64,000 nucleotides of DNA from an uncultured Candidatus Binatia bacterium (GTDB lineage: Bacteria > Desulfobacterota > Binatia > UBA9968 > JAJDTQ01): positions 3,488,001-3,552,000 of the forward strand of contig OZ251459.1 of the NCBI GenBank assembly GCA_965242525.1, given 5' to 3'. The notes below the pieces were generated by a model. The model was given only the letters and a program-made list of their open reading frames with translations. It searched no databases and had not been told where the DNA came from. Each line of letters starts with the position of its first letter. The first letter of the stretch is position 1. Both the position numbers and the translations under genes were made by a program. Positions 58,521-64,000 of this stretch are shown here, one piece after another.

Positions 58521-60962
58521 ATGGCCCTGAAGAAGTCCCAGATCTATTCCTCCCTGTGGCAAAGCTGCGACGAGTTGCGCGGCGGCATGGACGCCTCGCA
58601 GTACAAGGACTACGTCCTGACGCTGCTGTTCATGAAGTACGTCTCGGACCGGTACGCCGGGAGGGCCGACGCCCTCATCCGGGTGCCTGCGGGCGGCGGC
58701 TTCGCCGACATGGCGGCGTCGAAGGGCGGCAAGGAGGTCGGCGACCGGATCAACAAGATCATCGGCCGGCTTGCCGAGGCCAACGACCTGAAGGGAGTCA
58801 TCGACCAGGCCGACTTCAACGACGAGAGCAAGCTCGGCGCGGGCAAGGAGATGCAGGACCGGCTGTCCCGGCTGGTGGCCATCTTCGAGGGGTTGGACTT
58901 CCGCGCCAACCGGGCCGGGGGCGACGACCTGCTGGGCGACGCCTACGAGTACCTGATGCGCCACTTCGCCACCGAGTCGGGCAAGAGCAAGGGGCAGTTC
59001 TACACGCCCGCGGAGGTCTCGCGCGTCATGGCGAAGGTGATCGGCATGGGCCCGGACACCCGCCAGGACCAGACCATCTACGACCCCACCTGCGGTTCCG
59101 GCTCGCTGCTGCTCAAGGCTGCGGACGAAGCGCCCCGCGGCATCAGCATCTACGGCCAGGAGATGGACAACGCCACCTGGGCGCTGGCGCGCATGAACAT
59201 GATTCTGCACGGCTGCCCGACCGCGGAGTTGTGGCGCGACAACACGCTGGCCGCCCCGTATTTCAAGAACCCGGGCGGCGGCCTCAAGACCTTCGACTTC
59301 GCGGTGGCCAACCCGCCCTTTTCCGCCAAGGCGTGGTCCAACGGCCTCGACCCGGCCCACGACGAGTTCGGGCGTTTCGAGTACGGCGTCCCCCCGGTGA
59401 AGAACGGCGACTACGCCTTCCTGCTGCACCTGGTCAAGTCGCTCAAGAGCAAGGGCAAGGGCGCCATCATCCTGCCCCACGGCGTGCTGTTCCGCGGCAA
59501 CCGGGAGGCCGGGATCCGCAAGGAACTCGTCCGGCGGGGGTTCGTCAAGGGGGTCATCGGCCTGCCCGCCAACCTGTTCTACGGCACCGGCATCCCGGCC
59601 TGCATCCTGGTCATCGACAAGGAGCACGCCCACGCCCGCAAGGGCGTCTTCATGATCGACGCGAGCCGGGGTTTCCTCAAGGACGGCAACAAGAACCGGC
59701 TGCGCGAGCAGGACATCCACCGCATGGTGGACGTGTTCGACCGGCAGGTCGAGTCCCCGGGCTACTCGCGCATGGTTCCCGCGGCAGAGATCGCCGACCC
59801 TGCCAACGACTACAACCTGAACATCCCGCGCTACGTCGATTCCGGCCAGCCGGAAGACCTGCACGACCTGGACGCGCACCTGAAGGGCGGCATCCCCGAA
59901 CGGGACCTGGACGCCCTGGACGGCTACTGGACCGCCTTCCCCTCGCTGCGCCAAGCCCTGTTCGAGGGCAACGGCCGGCCCGGCTACAGCGAGCCCCGCG
60001 TCGAGACCCGGCAGGTCAAGGCCGCCATCCTCGGCCATCCCGATTTCGCGTCCTACGCCGAGCGCGTCGCCTCGGTGTTCGACGCTTGGCGCAAGGCCCA
60101 CAGGCCGCGCCTTCGAGGGATCGAGGCCGGCGCGCTTCCCGGGAAGGTCATCGACGCCCTGTCGGAAGACCTGCTCAAGCGCTTTGCCGGCCTGCCCCTG
60201 CTGGACCCCTACGACGTGTACCAACGGCTGATGGACTACTGGACCGACGCCATGCAGGACGACGTCTATCTCATCGCCGCGTCCGGCTGGGTCGAGGCCG
60301 CCAAGCCCCAAGACCTCCTCGACCACCGGGGAAAGAGGCTCCGGGAAACGCCGGACCTGACCATCGGGCGCAGGAAGTACAAGATGGACTTGGTCCCCCC
60401 GGCGCTGGTGGCCGCCCGCTACTTCGCCGGCGAACAGGCCGCCATCGAGGCGCTGCAGGACAGACAGGAGGCCGCGGCCCGTAATCTGGAGGAGCTCGTC
60501 GAGGAGCACACCGGCGAAGGCGGGCTGCTGGAAGACGCCGCCAACGACAAGGGCAAGGTGACCCGGAGCGCGGTGAAGGACCGGCTCAAGGCCATCGCGG
60601 ACGAGCCGGAAAGCGGCGAGGAACGGGACGCCCTGACGCGCTGCCTGACCCTGATGGACGCCGAAGCGGAGACGAGCAAGGCTGCGAAGGACGCCCGGAC
60701 CGCGTTGGACGAGCAGGCGCTGGCCCGCTACGCCACCCTCACCGAGGCCGAGGTCAAGACGCTGGCGGTCGAGGACAAGTGGTTCGCCAGCATCCGGGAC
60801 GCGGTGGAGGGCGAAGTGCAGCGGCTGACCCAGGGCCTGGCCGGGCGGGTGAAGGAACTGGAGGAGCGCTACGCCAAACCGCTGCCGGAGTTGGAGCGGG
60901 AGGTGAAGACGCTCGGCAAGAAGGTCGAGGGACACTTGAAGCGGATGGGGTTGTCGTTGTGA
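58521..60962 (+). CDS. hsdM: Type I R-M methyltransferase subunit M
   Basis: LWQSCDELRGGMD, GQFYTP, YDPTCGSG, ANPPF, PHGVLFRG, YNLNIPRY. Confidence 0.96.
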   Translation: MALKKSQIYSSLWQSCDELRGGMDASQYKDYVLTLLFMKYVSDRYAGRADALIRVPAGGGFADMAASKGGKEVGDRINKIIGRLAEANDLKGVIDQADFNDESKLGAGKEMQDRLSRLVAIFEGLDFRANRAGGDDLLGDAYEYLMRHFATESGKSKGQFYTPAEVSRVMAKVIGMGPDTRQDQTIYDPTCGSGSLLLKAADEAPRGISIYGQEMDNATWALARMNMILHGCPTAELWRDNTLAAPYFKNPGGGLKTFDFAVANPPFSAKAWSNGLDPAHDEFGRFEYGVPPVKNGDYAFLLHLVKSLKSKGKGAIILPHGVLFRGNREAGIRKELVRRGFVKGVIGLPANLFYGTGIPACILVIDKEHAHARKGVFMIDASRGFLKDGNKNRLREQDIHRMVDVFDRQVESPGYSRMVPAAEIADPANDYNLNIPRYVDSGQPEDLHDLDAHLKGGIPERDLDALDGYWTAFPSLRQALFEGNGRPGYSEPRVETRQVKAAILGHPDFASYAERVASVFDAWRKAHRPRLRGIEAGALPGKVIDALSEDLLKRFAGLPLLDPYDVYQRLMDYWTDAMQDDVYLIAASGWVEAAKPQDLLDHRGKRLRETPDLTIGRRKYKMDLVPPALVAARYFAGEQAAIEALQDRQEAAARNLEELVEEHTGEGGLLEDAANDKGKVTRSAVKDRLKAIADEPESGEERDALTRCLTLMDAEAETSKAAKDARTALDEQALARYATLTEAEVKTLAVEDKWFASIRDAVEGEVQRLTQGLAGRVKELEERYAKPLPELEREVKTLGKKVEGHLKRMGLSL

Positions 60963-62107
60963 GCCGGGAACTCGATTTCGAGCGGCTTGTCGAGCTGTGT
61001 CGGCAGGCCCACGAGGAAACGCGGCGCTCCGCGGCCCGGGCCGCGGACGCCTACCTGGTGACGCGCAACTGGCTGCTCGGCCGGTACATCGTCGAGTACG
61101 AGCAGCGCGGCGCGGACCGCAGCACGCTCTACGGCGAGAAGCTGATCGAGCGCTTGGCCAACGAACTCACGGCCAGCGGGCTGAAGGGCTGCTCCCCCAC
61201 CAACCTGCGGAAGTTCCGGGAGTTCTACCGCGCCTACCCGGAGATTCGACAGACACCGTCTGTTGAATCCATCGCCAACCTGCCGCCCGAGATTCAACAG
61301 ACAGTGTCTGTTGAATCTCTCCGGACCTCCACGGGCATCGCATCGGCCCTGTCCTCATCCATGGACAACCGGTTCTCCCTCGGCTGGTCCCACTACGTCA
61401 CCCTCCTGACCATCGGCCGCGCCGAAGAGCGCGCCTTCTACGAGGTCGAGGCGGCCCAAAGTCAGTGGAGCGTGCGCGAACTGAAACGGCAGATCGCCAG
61501 TTCCCTGTACGAGCGGCTGGCGCTGAGCCGCGACAAGGAAGAAGTCCACCGGCTTTCCCGCGAGGGACAGGTGGTCGAGAAAGCGTCGGACCTCATCAAG
61601 GATCCCCTCGTGCTGGAGTTTCTCGGCCTGGAAGAAAGGCTCGCCTATTCCGAGACCGAGATGGAAACGGCCATCATCGACCGCCTCCAACACTTCCTGC
61701 TCGAATTGGGCAAGGGCTTCCTGTTCGAGGCGCGCCAGAAGCGGTTCACCTTCGACAACAGCCATTTCTTCGTGGACCTCGTGTTCTACAACCGCCTGCT
61801 GCACTGCTACGTCCTGATAGACCTCAAGCGCGGCGAACTGACCCATCAGGACCTGGGCCAGATGCAGATGTACGTCAACTACTTCGACCGCTACGTGAAG
61901 ACCGACGCCGAACTCCCTACCGTCGGCATCGTCCTCTGCGGCGGCAAGAACGACGCCGTGGTGGAACTGACCCTCCCGCAAGACGCCAACATCTACGCCT
62001 CGCAATACCAACTCTACCTGCCCTCGAAACAGGAATTGGAGGCGCAACTGGCGAGCATCCAGCGAGAACTCGACGACGGGGAAGGCGAAAGTGAAGGAAA
62101 TGGATAA
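60959..62107 (+). CDS. YhcG/DUF1016 PD-(D/E)XK nuclease family protein
   Basis: NW..G.YIVEYEQ.G..R..YG, LGWSHY, WSVREL, KDPLVLEFL, LLELGKGF, VDLVFYN, GQMQMY; GTGA overlap with hsdM. Confidence 0.93.
   Translation: MSRELDFERLVELCRQAHEETRRSAARAADAYLVTRNWLLGRYIVEYEQRGADRSTLYGEKLIERLANELTASGLKGCSPTNLRKFREFYRAYPEIRQTPSVESIANLPPEIQQTVSVESLRTSTGIASALSSSMDNRFSLGWSHYVTLLTIGRAEERAFYEVEAAQSQWSVRELKRQIASSLYERLALSRDKEEVHRLSREGQVVEKASDLIKDPLVLEFLGLEERLAYSETEMETAIIDRLQHFLLELGKGFLFEARQKRFTFDNSHFFVDLVFYNRLLHCYVLIDLKRGELTHQDLGQMQMYVNYFDRYVKTDAELPTVGIVLCGGKNDAVVELTLPQDANIYASQYQLYLPSKQELEAQLASIQRELDDGEGESEGNG
61243..61317. repeat. Two 27-bp in-frame DNA palindromes inside yhcG
   Basis: GATTCGACAGACACCGTCTGTTGAATC (61243-61269) and perfect GATTCAACAGACA-G-TGTCTGTTGAATC (61291-61317). 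Confidence 0.88.
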
Positions 62108-62261
62108 GGCCCCGACCGCCTTACGGGAAGCACAGACAAGTGACGAAGAACGGAAGGTGGAGGCGTTCGACAGGAAGGTCAAGAGGCACTTGAAGCGGAT
62201 GGGGTTGTCGCTGTGAGCCGGGGATTCTATTTTGAGCGGCTTGTCGAACAAGGAGGAGCGC

Positions 62262-62486
62262 ATGAAACATACAGTGAAAGCCGTCTATGAAAATGGCGTC
62301 TTCAAACCGCTAATAGCGCCCGGGATTCCCCATGGACAGCAAGTCCGCCTGGAAATAGAGCCTCTGGGCGAACCATCGGTCATGGATGTACTGAAACTGG
62401 CCGCCCAGGTGTACCAAGATCTCTCTGAACAGGACGTTGATGAAATCGAGCGCATGGCTTGCCACCGACGGGAATTTTTTGGATAG
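62262..62486 (+). CDS. AF2212/DUF104-like antitoxin
   Basis: VKAVYENGVFKPL motif; RBS AGGAGG; upstream of a PIN gene. Confidence 0.85.
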   Translation: MKHTVKAVYENGVFKPLIAPGIPHGQQVRLEIEPLGEPSVMDVLKLAAQVYQDLSEQDVDEIERMACHRREFFG

Positions 62487-62497
62487 GCAAACATCCG

Positions 62498-62908
62498 ATG
62501 GCTTTACGGCAAGTGATACTGGATACGGACATTCTTTCTGCGATCATGCGAGAGAATTCTGTCGTACTGTCCAAAGCACGCGCCTATCTTGGGGAGCACG
62601 GATGTTTTACCTTATCTATTATTACCCGCTATGAAATCCTCCGAGGTCTGGCAGCTAAAGAGGCCCGTCGGCAGATGGCAGTTTTTGAAATGTTGTGCAA
62701 TCAGAGCACTATTCTGCCTCTTACAGAAGAAGCGATTGCCAAAGCAGCCGAGATTTACGCTGAGCTTGCTCACCGAGGCCAATTGATCGGAGATGCAGAT
62801 ATTTTGATTGCAGCTTCCGCCATGGTGCAGGAGTTCGGGCTGGTGACCAATAATGAACGTCATTTCCGGCGGATAAAGGGTCTTCAAGTAGAGAACTGGT
62901 TGACGTAG
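62498..62908 (+). CDS. vapC: VapC PIN-domain toxin
   Basis: ILDTDILS, YEILRG, DADILIAA, LVTNNERHF.RI.GL..ENW. Confidence 0.93.
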   Translation: MALRQVILDTDILSAIMRENSVVLSKARAYLGEHGCFTLSIITRYEILRGLAAKEARRQMAVFEMLCNQSTILPLTEEAIAKAAEIYAELAHRGQLIGDADILIAASAMVQEFGLVTNNERHFRRIKGLQVENWLT

Positions 62909-62973
62909 AAAACGGCCCGATGTGCCGCCTCGGAGCCATGTGACATCTCGGCAACGAATTGGGAGGATCGACA

Positions 62974-63198
62974 ATGGAAGACCGGATAACCGTATCGGTC
63001 GATTCCGATGTGGCCAAGGCGTATAGATCGGCTTCGGAGAGTGAGCGTCGCAAACTGGATTTGCTCATCAACTTGCGCTTGCATGAGGCGATAAAGCCTG
63101 GAAAATCGCTACGGGAAATCATGTCGGAAATCAGCCGTAACGCGCAACGCCGCGGCCTGACCCCGGAAATCCTGCAATCCATCCTGGGCGAGAAATGA
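62974..63198 (+). CDS. Putative antitoxin (74 aa)
   Basis: ITVSVDSDVAKAY...SLREIMSEISRNAQRRGLTPEILQSIL; ATGA-coupled to a PIN-like remnant. Confidence 0.7.
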   Translation: MEDRITVSVDSDVAKAYRSASESERRKLDLLINLRLHEAIKPGKSLREIMSEISRNAQRRGLTPEILQSILGEK

Positions 63199-63266
63199 CC
63201 CGCGTCATTTTCAACAGCAACGGCATGAACCTGGGGGGTCGTACGGACATCTTCCTTGAAGAGTAA
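63195..63266 (+). pseudogene. PIN toxin N-terminal remnant
   Basis: MTRVIFNSN resembles the PIN start (R-V-x-x-D-T-N); the frame stops after 23 aa. Confidence 0.5.
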
Positions 63267-63408
63267 CCTTGACAGGCGCTTCTCGATTTGGCTACCTTGA
63301 GATGGAGCCTGGACCGGGACGCCGACCATTCGCCCCGAAAAGTGGCACTGAACCGATCCCAACGGGCAGAATCGAGGACATCCAAACTGCAAACCGGAGG
63401 TAAATCCC

Positions 63409-63648
63409 ATGACTGTCGAAGAAGCCGGGGAGCTGCTTAGGCGCATGTACGAGACCGCGCCATATAGAGAAAAGACCACTTACATTCGCCTGTTCGGCAT
63501 CAAGTATGCAAGCGACCTGGATTCACTATCGCTCAAAGACGTCGTCACAAAAGCCGGCCTTGGAAGGCCCTCCTATGATACAGAGGTCAGAAAAGGCATG
63601 AATCTGGCCAAGTACGTTCAGATGAAAGCTGGCGTGGGCTTGGAATAG
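63409..63648 (+). CDS. Small HTH-like domain protein of a type seen with restriction genes
   Basis: RBS GGAGG; MY..A...EK...I.LFGIKYA...SY.TEV.KG.NLAKYV pattern; candidate promoter TTGACA at 63269. Confidence 0.65.
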   Translation: MTVEEAGELLRRMYETAPYREKTTYIRLFGIKYASDLDSLSLKDVVTKAGLGRPSYDTEVRKGMNLAKYVQMKAGVGLE

Positions 63649-63738
63649 TGACTGTCTGCCTGCCATCGAAACGGAACTGACTGTCGCAACTGATGAGCGT
63701 TCAGGAAGAATTTGGCGGATTTCAGGAGAACCTGACCG

Positions 63739-64000
63739 ATGGATGAGAGACGAGCCGAAATGAGCGTCTCACTATCGGACGGCGCGCCGGGGACAGATGC
63801 CCCGGCTGGCTACGAGTGGACCGAGGTGGGCATGATCCCTCGCGACTGGACGCTTGGGAGGCTTGCGGATTTCGGGGTATTTCGTAGCGGAAGTGGATTT
63901 CCTCTCGTCCATCAAGGACTCCCATCAGGCGACTATCCGTTCTTCAAGGTCTCCGATATGAACAACTACGGCAATGAGTTGTTCATGGAAGTTGCAAATC
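63739..64000 (+). CDS. hsdS: Type I R-M specificity subunit S (5' partial, runs off the window)
   Basis: Not in the ORF track; manual translation gives PAGYEWTEVGMIPRDW...SGSGFP...YPFFKVSDMN; RBS AGGAG at 63724. Confidence 0.9.
   Translation, partial: MDERRAEMSVSLSDGAPGTDAPAGYEWTEVGMIPRDWTLGRLADFGVFRSGSGFPLVHQGLPSGDYPFFKVSDMNNYGNELFMEVAN

Larger units (their letters stand above)
60897..62247 (+). repeat. 97-bp imperfect direct repeat of the hsdM-end/yhcG-start junction (60897-60993 and 62151-62247)
   Basis: Ungapped alignment by eye gives 83/97 identical; both copies encode KV..HLKRMGLSL-stop. Confidence 0.88.

Overview
GC-rich bacterial chromosomal window. The gene mix (several TctABC transporters, amidohydrolases, family III CoA-transferases, crotonases, an LLM monooxygenase) suggests a Deltaproteobacteria-like or Binatia-like heterotroph; that assignment is inference only. 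Housekeeping genes (betaine-type ABC transporter, tRNA-Gly, ftsB, eno, tag, lnt, aat, addAB) are mixed with aromatic and acyl-CoA catabolic genes. There are two lower-GC defence patches. The first (5.2-12 kb) holds yefM, a truncated yoeB, a HEPN-motif DUF3644-like gene, an intact type III mod and a doubly deleted res. The second (58.5-64 kb) holds type I hsdM and hsdS separated by a stack of YhcG, toxin-antitoxin and small-domain genes. The best candidate for an undescribed system is the apparent operon at 41290-44070: a short BoxB-like diiron aryl-CoA epoxidase followed by a thioredoxin-like [2Fe-2S] protein and a stand-alone NuoF-like flavoprotein in place of BoxA. Also notable: a ~110-130 bp MITE family with a REP-like core (about 9 copies), an orphan CI-like switch with overlapping divergent promoters, an Asp-ligand ferredoxin, and in-frame DNA palindromes inside yhcG. 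No CRISPR array, rRNA, integrase or transposase was seen. All calls come from reading motifs by eye; no database searches were run.
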